64,000 nt of DNA from an uncultured delta proteobacterium (lineage in GTDB: Bacteria > Desulfobacterota > Binatia > Binatales > Binataceae): contig CAVXXK010000001.1 in assembly GCA_963765675.1 (NCBI GenBank), positions 1,216,001-1,280,000 on the forward strand, read 5' to 3'. A model generated the notes under the pieces. That model was given only the letters and a program-made list of their open reading frames with translations, had not been told where the DNA came from and ran no database searches. The translations under genes and the position numbers were made by a program. Positions 21,570 to 32,569 of the stretch are shown one piece after another (within the stretch, counting starts at the first letter, position 1; each line of letters starts with the position of its first letter).

Positions 21570-22794
21570 GTGAACACGAACACTTCGCGCAACGAAAGCG
21601 GGTCAGCGTACTACCTCTCCCAACCCGAGGCCGATCTCGACCTGGTATCGGTCGTCAGGGGCACGCCAAGCGGAGAATTACTGCGTCGCTATTGGCATCC
21701 GATCGCGGTCGCATCAGAGGTCGGCGAGCTTCCGGTCGCGGTGCGCGCGCTCGGCGAGGATCTGATTCTGTTCAAGACGCCAAAGGGCGAATTCGGGCTA
21801 GTGTATCCGCGATGCTGTCATCGGGGCACCACTTTGTACTACGGCAAAGTTGAAGAACGCGGCATTCGATGTTGCTATCACGGATGGCTATTCAGCCCGG
21901 ACGGCCGATGCCTCGATCAGCCGTGCGAACCCAATGGCGGCGACAAGCGCGACAACTATCGGCAGCCATGGTATCCGGTGCAGGAACGCTACGGTCTCGT
22001 CTTCGCCTATCTCGGGCCATCGGATCGCATACCCATACTTCCCCGATATGAGGCGCTGGAGGTCTTACAACCCGGTGAATGGATCGAACCGGACGGCCGG
22101 AGTCTCGGATCGGGCGGCGATGTGATCGCGCCTTGCAACTGGTTTCAGCATTGGGAAAACGTGATGGACCCATATCACGTCGCGATCCTTCACTCGGCAT
22201 TCAGCGGAATCCAGTTCATTCCCGAGATGGCTCAGATGCCCAACGTTTCCTTCGAGCCTTCGTCAATTGGCATTACCAGCACGCAGATCAGAAACCTCGA
22301 GGGCAAAGTTTTCCGCCGCGTCACCGAAGTGGCGATGCCGACGCTGCGCGTGGTTCCGAATCCGTGGGCGACCGGCTTCAATCGCCCGGTTGAATCGATT
22401 GGTTGGACGCTTCCGATCGACGACACGCACTACCGAATTTTCACTGCCGGCCGTGCCACGAAATCCGGACCTCTCTACTACCCTCCGAAAGGCCTCATGA
22501 GTGGGAATCGGCGCTGGCAGGACATGTCCGAAGAGGAGCGGCAGCGCAAGCCAGGCGATTGGGAAGCGCAAACCGGACAGGGAGCAATCACGTTCCACTC
22601 CGAAGAGCATCTAGCGTCTTCAGATCGCGGAATCGCGATGCTGCGGCGGTTTTTCCGCAAACAGATCGAGACCGTGGCCGCCGGCGGCAATCCCGGCCGG
22701 GACAATTTTCGAGGAAGGCGATGGAACAGTGAAATTCGCCGCCGGTAACTACCTGGAAGAACCCGCCAACACGGCATCGCCAACGATCCGATAG
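21570..22794 (+). CDS. Rieske non-heme iron oxygenase, phthalate-dioxygenase-type alpha subunit (apparent +1 frameshift near 22695)
   Basis: RYWHP, Rieske CCHRG...CCYHGW, mononuclear Fe ENVMDPYH..LH, SDRG; likely true end GTIFEEGDGTVKFAAGNY in the shifted frame. Confidence 0.9.
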
Positions 22795-22846
22795 AAGAAA
22801 AGCCGGTCCGGATGGACCGCCCCTTTGAGTCGGAGAGCTATATCGA

Positions 22847-24031
22847 TCAGCCGATTTCGCGGCCTACTACTGATACGAAGCTGACGCAGCGGCCTGGGGC
22901 TCCGCCTAGGTTGTGGGTCAGGCCGAGCTTGGGGTCGTTGATTTGACGCTTGCCCGCTTCGCCGCGGAATTGTAGCCACATCTCGTACATCATACGGAGG
23001 CCCGAGGCGCCGATCGGATGGCCGAATGACTTAAGCCCGCCGTCCGGATTAACCGGCAGCTTGCCGTCGAGGTCGAAATAGCCGTCCATCACGTCCTGCC
23101 ATGCTGTCCCGCGCTTGCTGAAGCCGAGATCCTCGTACAACACGAGCTCGGTCGGCGTGAAGCAATCGTGGACTTCCGCCATGCTGATCTGCGCGCGAGC
23201 GTCGGTGATTCCCGCCTGCGAGTAAGCGTCTTTCGCCGAGGCGACGACTTCGCGGAAGGTCGTGAAGTCATAGTCCTGAGACAGCGGCCCCTCGGCCGGT
23301 CCCGCGACGAACGACAGCGCCTTGATATAGATCGGATTCTTGCAGTACTTGTGCGCGTCTTCGGCGCGAACGATTATCGCCGCCGCCGAGCCGTCGGACA
23401 CGCCGGAGCAATCCATGATTCCGAGCGGGTCGGCGATTTTGGGCGAGTTCTTGATCGTCTCGATCGGCACTTCTTTCTGGAACTGCGCCTTCGGATTTTT
23501 TGCGCCGTTCTTGTGATTCTTCCACGCGATACGCGAAAGGACGTCCTTGCCCTTGTCGGGATCTAGTCCGTACTTCTTGAAGTACGCAGGCGCGAGCAGC
23601 GAGAACGACGCCGGAGCGGTCATGTTGCCGTCGGTGCCGTCGTTGGGAGGAGCGGACATCACCAGGCCCGAGTAGCCCGAGTCCTTGAGCTTCTCGACGC
23701 CTATCGCCATCACGATATCGAACGCACCCGACGCGACCGCGTAGCACGCCTGGCGCATCGCTTCGGACCCGGTCGCGCACATGTTCTCGACGCGGGTGAC
23801 GGGCTTGTACTGAATCTTGAGCGGCTCAGACAGCGTCAGGCCTGAGATTCCCGAGCCCATCGTGCCGAGCCAGTAGGCGTCGATATCGTCCGGGTTCACT
23901 CCCGCCGAGGCGTAGGCCTCGTAGGCGGCTTCGCACAGCAAATCTTCGGGACCTTTGTCCCAATGCTCGCCGAACTTGGTGCATCCCATTCCGATGATCG
24001 CGACGCGATCCTTGATTCCTCTGCTTGCCAT
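22847..24031 (-). CDS. Thiolase (archaeal/SCP2/PhlC-type acetyl-CoA acetyltransferase family)
   Basis: VENMCATGSEA (catalytic Cys), SDGSAA, AEVHDCF, GGLKSFGHPIGASG, THNLGG. Confidence 0.93.
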   Translation of the reverse strand: MASRGIKDRVAIIGMGCTKFGEHWDKGPEDLLCEAAYEAYASAGVNPDDIDAYWLGTMGSGISGLTLSEPLKIQYKPVTRVENMCATGSEAMRQACYAVASGAFDIVMAIGVEKLKDSGYSGLVMSAPPNDGTDGNMTAPASFSLLAPAYFKKYGLDPDKGKDVLSRIAWKNHKNGAKNPKAQFQKEVPIETIKNSPKIADPLGIMDCSGVSDGSAAAIIVRAEDAHKYCKNPIYIKALSFVAGPAEGPLSQDYDFTTFREVVASAKDAYSQAGITDARAQISMAEVHDCFTPTELVLYEDLGFSKRGTAWQDVMDGYFDLDGKLPVNPDGGLKSFGHPIGASGLRMMYEMWLQFRGEAGKRQINDPKLGLTHNLGGAPGRCVSFVSVVGREIG

Positions 24032-24049
24032 GAACCGTTCTCCTCGCGC

Positions 24050-25465
24050 CTAGCGCTTGGGCCGTGCCTTCCAAAAATAGTTATGGACGCCGTCGGCAGT
24101 AAACAGGCGGCGGAATGTCATTTCCACTTCGTCACCGATCGCGACTTTCTCGGGCTCACAATCCGTCATCTCGCACAGAAAGCGCCCGCCACCTTCAAAG
24201 TCTATCACAACATTGACCGTGGGGGGATTGAGCGAGAATGCCAGCCGGTCGATTGCGTAGGTCGCGATCCGCGCGGTGCGGTCCGCGAACGCATACGGCT
24301 CCATCTTGTCGAACGCGCGGCACTTGACGCATACCCGCTGCGGCGGAAGCTGCGGAGTTCCGCACGCGGTGCATTTCGAGCCAACGAAGCCAAACTTCCA
24401 CTGCTGCGACCGCAGCATCGGGGGACCTGCCGGACGATCCGGATCGGGACGACGAGGGGGCTCAGTCGGCAGGATCTCGCGCCACTTGAGGTAGCTGCCG
24501 TAGGTCACGTCGCCCTTGGATTCGATCTGCATCCCGACCGAACGGACCGGCTTGAAGCTCGCGATCGCCGGTGTCGCGCGCAGCAGGATTGCGTCCGCGC
24601 CGTCGGCGACAGAGGCGACCAGCACCCGCTCTCCCGGCTTGAGCGAAGGCAGCGCGCCCGCGAGCATCAGGCCAGGATGCGCCGCGCCGGTCTGGCCGAC
24701 GGTGAGCGCGAAGTTGTCGCCGAGCTTCGCGGCGTCCAGTTTCATGCCGCGGATAATCTCGTCAGCGGCGCGCGGGTTGGGCGCGTCGAGAATAACCTTA
24801 GTCAGGTCGCCGGGTGCGACTTTCGCCTTCGCCAGAACGTCCGCAATCGCCTTGCCCAACAGCGGCGAGTACGCCTGCGTCAGTGTGAAGCGCTCTTCCC
24901 ACGAATGCCCGAAGCGCTCGCCAGGAGCGCGCCAGGTGTCCATGAACTCGCGGGTGAGTGACGCGGTGGCTTCGATTTCCGCTATGACGTGCTCGGTCCC
25001 GAGCACGAAGGCGACCGCGCCGTCACCGTTTTGCTGCTCGGCTTTGCCTTCGGGTGCGCCCAGCCGCGCGTCGCCGATCGCAACGATTGCGTTGGTTTTC
25101 GAGCCGGACGCGGCGTCGGCGCCCTGCAGAATCGCGGAGATTCCCGCGCGCACCGAGCCGGTCAGGTCGACCGCGCGAATATTGGGTGGCATCCGGGTGG
25201 CGGCGGCGACGATCGCGGCGTTGAGCTTTTCACCATAGGGCGGAGTCGTAGTCGCGAATATCAGCGCTCCGATCGGTGCCGATGCGGAGGGCGCTGCCTT
25301 CAGCGCGTCGCGCACCGCTTCGACCGCCATCGAGACCGAGTCCTCATCGAAGCTCGCGACGGAGCGTTCGCCCTTCGAGGCGGCAACTCCCAGCATCTGC
25401 GCGATCGCGGCGCGTTTGAGCCGCCGGTAAGGGATATAAGAGCCGTATGAAACAATTCCAGCCAT
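24050..25465 (-). CDS. HMG-CoA-synthase-fold domain fused to a DUF35 Zn-ribbon/OB-fold domain
   Basis: GIVSYGSYIP, ERSVASFDEDS.SMAVEA, GDGAVA; C-terminal CTAC...CVKC, GDEVEMTFRRL, YFWKARP; start trimmed to ATG 25465. Confidence 0.9.
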   Translation of the reverse strand: MAGIVSYGSYIPYRRLKRAAIAQMLGVAASKGERSVASFDEDSVSMAVEAVRDALKAAPSASAPIGALIFATTTPPYGEKLNAAIVAAATRMPPNIRAVDLTGSVRAGISAILQGADAASGSKTNAIVAIGDARLGAPEGKAEQQNGDGAVAFVLGTEHVIAEIEATASLTREFMDTWRAPGERFGHSWEERFTLTQAYSPLLGKAIADVLAKAKVAPGDLTKVILDAPNPRAADEIIRGMKLDAAKLGDNFALTVGQTGAAHPGLMLAGALPSLKPGERVLVASVADGADAILLRATPAIASFKPVRSVGMQIESKGDVTYGSYLKWREILPTEPPRRPDPDRPAGPPMLRSQQWKFGFVGSKCTACGTPQLPPQRVCVKCRAFDKMEPYAFADRTARIATYAIDRLAFSLNPPTVNVVIDFEGGGRFLCEMTDCEPEKVAIGDEVEMTFRRLFTADGVHNYFWKARPKR

Positions 25466-25736
25466 GTTGCGCATTAAAGGCTGTGCCGATTCATCCGTCA
25501 ACCCGAGCGGCAGGAGCATCGCGCGTGGTGGCGCGCGCCGTAGTTTGGAGGATGCAAGAAAATCCGCTCAGATATTGAGGATCCGGGTGTTTCGGGGATT
25601 CGCCTCTATCCTCACGAAGGGAAAAAAACTATTATTATTTCCATAACGCTCGGATGCCTTCCTGTACTCAGACCCGGGATGGTCCCGGGGTCTCTGTTCG
25701 ATTGCTTCCCGGCATTTACTGATGGAGGGGCACTTA

Positions 25737-26093
25737 ATGCCCAGCAAATTGTACGTAGGCAACCTTGCCTACTCGGTTACTAGCCACGACTTGGAAGATC
25801 TGTTCGCGCAGGCCGGCGCCGTGCAGAGCGCTGCGGTCATCACGGACAAGTTCTCGGGTCAGTCGAAGGGATTCGGATTCGTCGAGATGTCGACGCCGGA
25901 GGAAGCTGCAAAGGCAATCCAGCTCCTGAACGAGACCGAGCTCAAGGGACGCAACATCCGCGTCAACGAAGCCAAGCCGCGTGAATCCGGCTTTGGTGGC
26001 GGAGGCGGTGGCGGCGGACAGCGTCGCGGCGGAGGCGGCGGTGGTGGCGGCGGTGGAGAGCGCCGAGGCGGTGGCGGCGGAAACCGCTGGTAA
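25737..26093 (+). CDS. RRM RNA-binding protein with Gly-rich tail
   Basis: RNP2 LYVGNL, RNP1 KGFGFVEM, VNEAKPRE, GGGG-RGG tail; GGAGG RBS. Confidence 0.96.
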   Translation: MPSKLYVGNLAYSVTSHDLEDLFAQAGAVQSAAVITDKFSGQSKGFGFVEMSTPEEAAKAIQLLNETELKGRNIRVNEAKPRESGFGGGGGGGGQRRGGGGGGGGGGERRGGGGGNRW

Positions 26094-26246
26094 TATCATA
26101 ACAAACTGGGCGGGCAGGCGATGCCCGCCCAGTCATTTCCGAGAAAGGGGGACGCGGAGCGCGGCGTCGCTTGAGCCGCAATCGATACTTCCGCGTTTTC
26201 CCGGTCCGGCTCATCAATAGCCGGCAAACCAATAGGAGGTTACGAC

Positions 26247-26528
26247 GTGCCCAGAGTTTATGTTGGAAATCTGGCGGAATCGGTTACGCGCGATGATTTG
26301 ACTACGCTGTTCTCACGGGTCGGAAAAGTCGGCGGAGCGCTCGTGATCACGGACAAGCTTTCGGGCGTGTCGCGCGGGTTTGGCTTCGTTGAGATGATCG
26401 AAGTCGACGACGCGATCAACGCCGCGCATTTCTTCCATGACACCGAACTCTCCGGGCGCAAGCTGCAAGTCGATCAATACCGTCCCAAGGACGAACCTGC
26501 CGCCAAAGGCTCTCGCAAGCGCCGCTGA
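26247..26528 (+). CDS. Second RRM RNA-binding protein with short basic tail
   Basis: VYVGNL, RGFGFVEM; AGGAGG RBS before GTG. Confidence 0.93.
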   Translation: MPRVYVGNLAESVTRDDLTTLFSRVGKVGGALVITDKLSGVSRGFGFVEMIEVDDAINAAHFFHDTELSGRKLQVDQYRPKDEPAAKGSRKRR

Positions 26529-26645
26529 TCTCCTAAACGCCGCACCGGCGGCTCACAGCCCAAGCGAACCTGAGACCGGGCTATCACATAGAGCGCGCGA
26601 AATTGCGCGTTCGAGAAACTTCGCAACCTTTGCCATGGAGGCACT

Positions 26646-26942
26646 ATGCAGTCGGAACCGGTCTCAGCCTGGCGAACTCACGAATGGAGAGTCAGAACGC
26701 TTGAATCGATCGTTGCCGGTGGCGGCTCGCGGCTCGGCTTTACTTGCCGCGGATGCGGCAAGACTTTCAATCACAACACGATCAATCGCCGCACCTGGGC
26801 GGTGGACGCGCAGGGCGTCGCGCTCAGCGACGACGTGACGAATCGCTGGCTCAAGGGCGAATGCCTGCGCCATCCGATCCTCGCCGATGACGACGATCGC
26901 AAGCTGATAAAATATCCCGCCGGCACCACGCCGCACGCGTAG
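26646..26942 (+). CDS. Small hypothetical protein, possible Zn-binding
   Basis: GGAGG RBS; H...CRGC...C pattern; clean intergenic placement. Confidence 0.7.
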   Translation: MQSEPVSAWRTHEWRVRTLESIVAGGGSRLGFTCRGCGKTFNHNTINRRTWAVDAQGVALSDDVTNRWLKGECLRHPILADDDDRKLIKYPAGTTPHA

Positions 26943-27008
26943 ACTTAAGGCGCGAAGAGGGCTTCGCTTCCAGCGAGCAGAATCGATGGCTTTGATCGCT
27001 CCGCACGG

Positions 27009-30000
27009 CTACGCGGTCAGCTCGTCAAGCAGATTCTTCGCAGCCTTCAGGTCGGCGGTGTCGAGGCCCTCGGTGAACCAGTTGTAGATCTCCGCGAGCA
27101 TCGAGCGCGCCTCGTCGCGGCGGTCGGTACTCATCAGCATCCGCGCGAGCGAGGTCGTCGCGCGCAGTTCGAGCGATTTCGCCCCCTGCTGTCGGGCCTT
27201 CTTGATCGCGTGCTCGACCGACGCTCTCGCCAGAGCCGGATCGGAAGGACTCTGACCCAGGAGCAACTCGCCGCGAAGACGATTAATTTCCGCTTCCCAG
27301 AAACATTCGCCGCTGCGACGGACCAGGTCCAGGGCGTCGCCGATTGCCTTCAAACCATGCTCGATGCGTCCGGCTCTCAGGCACGCATCGGCGAGAGTCG
27401 CGAGACTGAGCGTGAGCCACAACTCCTCTCGGTTGGCCGAAAGTGCATCGGTTTCTTCGCGTATCTGCCCTATTCCCTCCTCCGCTCTTCCAAGCTCGGT
27501 TAAGGCCCAACCTTTAACAACTCGCGCATGGCGCAGAACGTAGAGGAACCCCACGTCCTCCGCTGTGTTTATCGCGGCCCCGGCGATTTCCAGCGCAAGC
27601 TTCGGTTCCAGCATCATGCGATGAACCAGTGCCTTCTCGTACAAGGCGAAAGCTGCCGACATGGCGTCTCCAAGTTCATTCGCAAGCGAAACGGCCCGCT
27701 CCGCGCATCGCCGCGCCGCATCGGGACGACCGCGCAGCCATGATAGCTGCGCTTGCCATGCATAACCGCACACGGCCGGATGATGAGCGGTGTAGAGCGG
27801 GACGGCAACCGAACGAAGCTTCGACTCGAACAGCTCGAGCCCCCGCTCGACATGGCGTTGTGAGGTCTCCAGCTCACCTGCGGAAAGCGCCACCGACCAG
27901 TCATGATGGATCGCCTCGAGAAGGAAAACCGGATCGGGGTGGCGATCGACGAAATCCCAGATCGGCTTCTGCCGTTCGCGGGCGCCGCTCAAGTTGCCGC
28001 CAACGTAGAGCAGTCCAAACAATCCAACCAGTAGCGCGAACTGCTGCTCGGGTGTGGCTCCTGTCTCAGCAAGCCGCTCGGCGCGAAGATAGGCCCTCTC
28101 GGTTTCCGGCGCCGCCCACCCTTTGGTGGCCATCAGCGCGGGACCAAGGCTGGTTTGGAGCGCGAATTCGCGCCGGTCCCGCTCGGGGCTGGATGGCGTC
28201 CGTTCAAGTAATTCCAAGGCGGCGGTTAGGTTCCGCATCGCCTCGCCGTACGCCAGTCGCCGAACGGCCCGGAGACCTGCGCTTTCGAGATAGCTCGAGT
28301 GCCTTCGCGGAATTTCCGCTGCGGCTGTAATGATGGGCCAGTTCGTCGAGGTGGTCGTCGATTGAATTTGTGTAGAGACTCTCGAGAGCCGCGCCGATTC
28401 GTCCATGAAGTTGTCTGCGCCGTTCCATCAGTACCGAGTTGTACGAGACCTCCTGAGTCAGCGCGTGCTTGAAGGTGTATTCAGAATCACCGATGGCCGG
28501 CTGCTCGTAGATGAACTCGCCGAGCTGGAGGTCATCGAGCAGCCGCATGGTCTCGTCATCCGGGATCGAGACCACCGCGCGAATCAGCGACAGCGGAAAT
28601 TCGCGGCCAATTACCGCCAGCGTCTGTAACAGGTCTTTGGCATCCTGCGGCAGGCGGTCGATGCGCGCGGCGAGAATCGCCTGAACGGTCGGCGGAATCT
28701 TCAACTCCGCCAACGACCGGATGAGCTTCACCGCCCCGCCGTCACGCACCAGCGCGTTCTCGTCGAACAGGACCTGCACCGTCTCTTCCATGAAGAACGG
28801 ATTGCCCTCGGTCTTCTCGATAATCAGCCGCTTGAGCGGCGCGAGTTCGGTACCGTCGCCGAGCAGCGCGGACAACATCTCCTCGGCGGATTCTTTGCCC
28901 AGCGGGTCCAGGCGTAATTGAATGTAGTAGGTCTTGCTGTTCCACTGATGCGAGTACTCGGGGCGATAATTGACCAGCAGCAGGATCTTCGCCGTGCCGA
29001 TCGAGTCGGCGAGGAGATTCAAGAATGCCTGCGTCTCCTCGTCGATCCAGTGCAGGTCCTCGAAAATCACCATCAGCGGCTTATTCATCGACTCTCGCAG
29101 TAGGATGCGCTTGATCGCGTCGAGCGTGCGGCGCCTCTTCACCTGCCCGTCCATTTGCGCCAGCGGATCGTCGCCCTCGACAATGCCGAGCAGTACGAAA
29201 AGGTACGGCAGCGTATCTTCAAGGGAACGATCGAGCGTCAAGACCTTTCCGTTGACCTTCTCGCGCCGCGTGCGCGCGTCATCTTCCGAGGTGATGCGGA
29301 AGTAACCGTGGAGCAACTCAATTATGGGCAGATACGCTGAAGCCTTGCCGTGCGAGACCGAGAACGTTTCCAACACCGTCCAGCCCGACTGGTTCTTGGC
29401 CTTGAACTCGAAGAACAGGCGTGACTTGCCGGTGCCCGCTTCCGCGATCGCGGCGACGATCTGCCCGTGGCCGTCGCGCGCCTGCTCGGCGGCGTTGCGC
29501 ATCGCATCCATTTCGCGCTCGCGGCCAACGAACTTGGTAAGTCCGCGTCCCGCCGAGCGTTGCAGGCGCGTGCGCAACGGACCCAGTCCGGTCACCTCGT
29601 AAACGTTGACCGGATCAGTTGACGCCTTTGACCTTGGTCGGCCCGAGCGGCTTGAGCGCGAAATAGCCCTCGGCCAGCTTGCGCGTCTGCTCGCTGATCG
29701 CGATCGAGCCCGTGGGCGCGAGCGCCTGCATCCGCGAGGCGAGATTGGTCGTATGCCCGATCGGCGTGTACTCGGTGTGACCGCCGCCGGTAGCGATCGA
29801 GCGCACCACGACCTCGCCGGTGTTCACGCCGACGCGCGCTTCGATCGGCAGATTGCCAGCCTCGCGCAATCTCGCCGAGTAGCGGGTCAGCTGTTCCTGC
29901 ATTCGGAGCGCGGGATACAAGGCTCGCTGCGGATGATCCTCGTGTGCGACCGGAGCGCCGAACAGCGCGAAGATGCAGGTGAAAGCTTTCGATGATGGAC

Positions 30001-30166
30001 CCGCAGACGCGTGCGCTCCGAGCGCGGCCCCGCACTCTCCACAAAAGCGTTTGTCCGCTGGATTATCGGCCCCGCATTTCTGACAAAGATTTGCGAGTGC
30101 CGCGCCGCAATCACCGCAGAACTTCTTGCCGGGTGGGTTTTCAGTTTTGCAATTCAAGCAACGCAT
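27009..30166 (-). pseudogene. Double-zinc-ribbon / class III cyclase / AAA ATPase / TPR protein, with an internal deletion and two frameshifts
   Basis: Four CxxC; IFALFGAPVAHEDH, RVGVNTGEV, Walker A AEAGTGKS, Walker B IFEDLHWID, TEGNPFF, WFTEGLDT tail; +1 shifts near 29619 and 28293; first half of the cyclase domain missing. Confidence 0.88.
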
Positions 30167-30235
30167 CGGCTTTACCGGGAAGGACAGGCGGACCGCCCCT
30201 CGTATATCACCCAGCCCCTTGGAGCGGCCAGCAGG

Positions 30236-32565
30236 CTACGCGGCGGACGCCGCGATCGGGCGCGCAGTGCGTCGCGCGACCGGGACGCGCGAAAGCTCGT
30301 AGTCCAGATCCTCGAACAACTGCTCCAGGCGCCGAAGCGACGCGATCTCGGACATCAGCTCCAGGCGCATCGGTGTCGGCCACCCGGCGATTTGCGCGAA
30401 GCTGTTCGCGCCGACGTCCCGGGTGAAGTCGGAAAGTGGACCGTCAATATCGCGAGGTGCACGCTGGTTTGTGATCGCGATCGCTGCTCGGCTGCTGCGG
30501 CAATTGGGACCGTCAAAATGATCACGCCATGATTCGAGCCGCGCGCGCATCGCAGCCAGCACCTGGCCGCGAGCGGCTTCGGTTTCCGGCGATAACGCGG
30601 GCATCGGCGCCGCGATTCGCTCTCTGCTGATCGCGCTCACGCGATGCGCGATACGCCGCAGCGTGCCAGAAGCATTGACGGTCGCGTCGGGATCGATACT
30701 GCTCGCCCGCCCCTCGATACGCGCGTCATCCGCGATACTGAGCAGATCGGCGAGTTGCCGCGTGATACCGCCGCTGACCTCGTGGATTTTCCGCACCGAT
30801 GTAGCCGCGGCACCATCCGGCATCAGGTCCAGCGTCGCGTGCAGGATCTTGCGCAGCTTCGGCAGCAGCGAGTCGCCTGAGTACTCCGGCCATATGAGGA
30901 TGAACACCGCAGTCAGCACGAGCATCGCGAGCATGATTCCCCATACGCGATAAAGCGGGACCGTGATCGCCTCGCTCGGACTGATTCCCGCCCACGTGAA
31001 CACGAATGCGCTGCCCATCTGGCGGCCGGCGTATGCGAATTGTCCGTTGCCGAGTCCCAGGTAATCGGCCAGGAACAAACCCATGAAGGTCACCAGCATA
31101 TACACCGGAAGGGTCTCGAAGTTCGGTGTCACCACCACAATCGCCAGCAGCGCGAACGCGCCGCCGCATGCGTTGCCAACCAGCCGCAGGAGCATCTTGT
31201 TGAGCGTCGCGCCGTAGGTCGGCAGTCCGGCGATGATGATGGTGGTGATAATTACCGAGAGATCGGCGCGCTGGCTCGCGACGCCGATCGACGAACCCGA
31301 TTACGATCGCGAGCGCCACCTTTAGCGCGTAGCGGAGCAGCGCCGGATCAAGCTCATAAGTTTGCCGTGGCGGCGCGACCGCATCGGTCAGCCAGGGTTC
31401 TTCGATACCATGGATGAGCAGTTCTCCGGTCTGCCGCAATCCGTCCGCAAACGAACCCATGTTGGCGGCCTCGGCCGGAGTCGACGCTGCGAGCAGGGCG
31501 GGGCGGACCTGGGCAATCCGGGCCTCGAGCGCGCCGATCGCAGGGTGCACGGCCGCGATGGCGGCGAAGGCGTTGTTCTCGCCGTAGGAAATCACACCGC
31601 GCGCGCGTTCCGCCGCGCGTTCGTCAAACGCCGCATCGAGCGCGCGGACCGTGGCTTCGATTTGGGATTGCACCATCGTGCGTGCAACCCGCGGCAGCGG
31701 ATCGATCGCGGCGATTGTCAGGCTGTCGACGGCGATATGCAGCCGTTCGGCCAATGTGATCGCGCCCAGGAGCACGGCGCGCCGCTGGGGCGTGGCGCCC
31801 TCCTGCACCGCGCGTTCGAGGAGAGCCAGATGCGCGGGCATGTCGGAGAGAAATCCGGGAGTCCGCACTCCCGAGTTTCCCGGCGGCGCGAAAAAAGCGA
31901 CCGTCGCCACGTCGAGCCGCCGGCGCGTGCGCGCCAAGTTATGCCCGAGCATCACGATCAGCTCTGCGTCCGCCGGATTGGGCCACAGCACGACGTCGAA
32001 CAGCGCAATCAGGATAATGCTGATGACCACGCCGCCGAAGGTTGAAGCCACTTCGACTCCAAAACCGTGCTGGTCGAAAATCACCAGATAGAACGTAGTC
32101 AGAAATGTGATCTCGACGATGATCCAGGCATACGCCAGGCGCCGCGCCGACATTATGTAGCGAAATCCGAACGCCGCAACGAACAGAAACGGAAGCATCA
32201 GCCATGGCGCCTCTGAGAGCTGCCCGGCCAGTGGCACCGACAACGCGAGCCCCGCGCCAGTCACGACGAATGAACCGCAGCGCTTTAAACGGCGTGAGCA
32301 TCGCGCCGCCCGACGACGCCAGGATCCACAGCACGTACGGCCCCAGGAGCGCATCGACGTGCGCCGCGGCCATCAGGCCGAAGCCGAGCGCACAGATAAA
32401 CCCGGTGCGAAGGGCGGTGCGCGTCCGACGCGGATGCGCCTCGAGATCGAGCGCGAGCGCGCCGAACAGCGAGTCCACGCCGTGGATTATTCGGCGGGCA
32501 CCGGCGCCCGCGAGTCCTCGCAGCCGCCGGCCCGAGCGAACTTCGATCCCTCGCGCGGTGGCCAT
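30236..32565 (-). CDS. FUSC/MdtO-like inner-membrane efflux subunit (apparent frameshifts near 32270 and 31289)
   Basis: Hydrophobic N-block ending VVLWPNP, helical middle, LRYALKVALA, GLPTYGATLNKMLLRLVG, FILIWPE; three ORF pieces join with single-base corrections. Confidence 0.82.
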
Positions 32566-32569
32566 CGAA

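Noticed and set aside
24050-25465. Mevalonate-pathway HMG-CoA synthase
   Set aside because: Catalytic Cys, Glu and His appear absent and no mevalonate genes are adjacent
25995-26082. GGC/GGT-rich tandem repeats
   Set aside because: Encode the Gly-rich tail of the RRM protein
29611-29625. In-frame TGA suggesting selenocysteine or readthrough
   Set aside because: Homology resumes in a different frame (KGVTDPVNV after removing one A), so this is a frameshift
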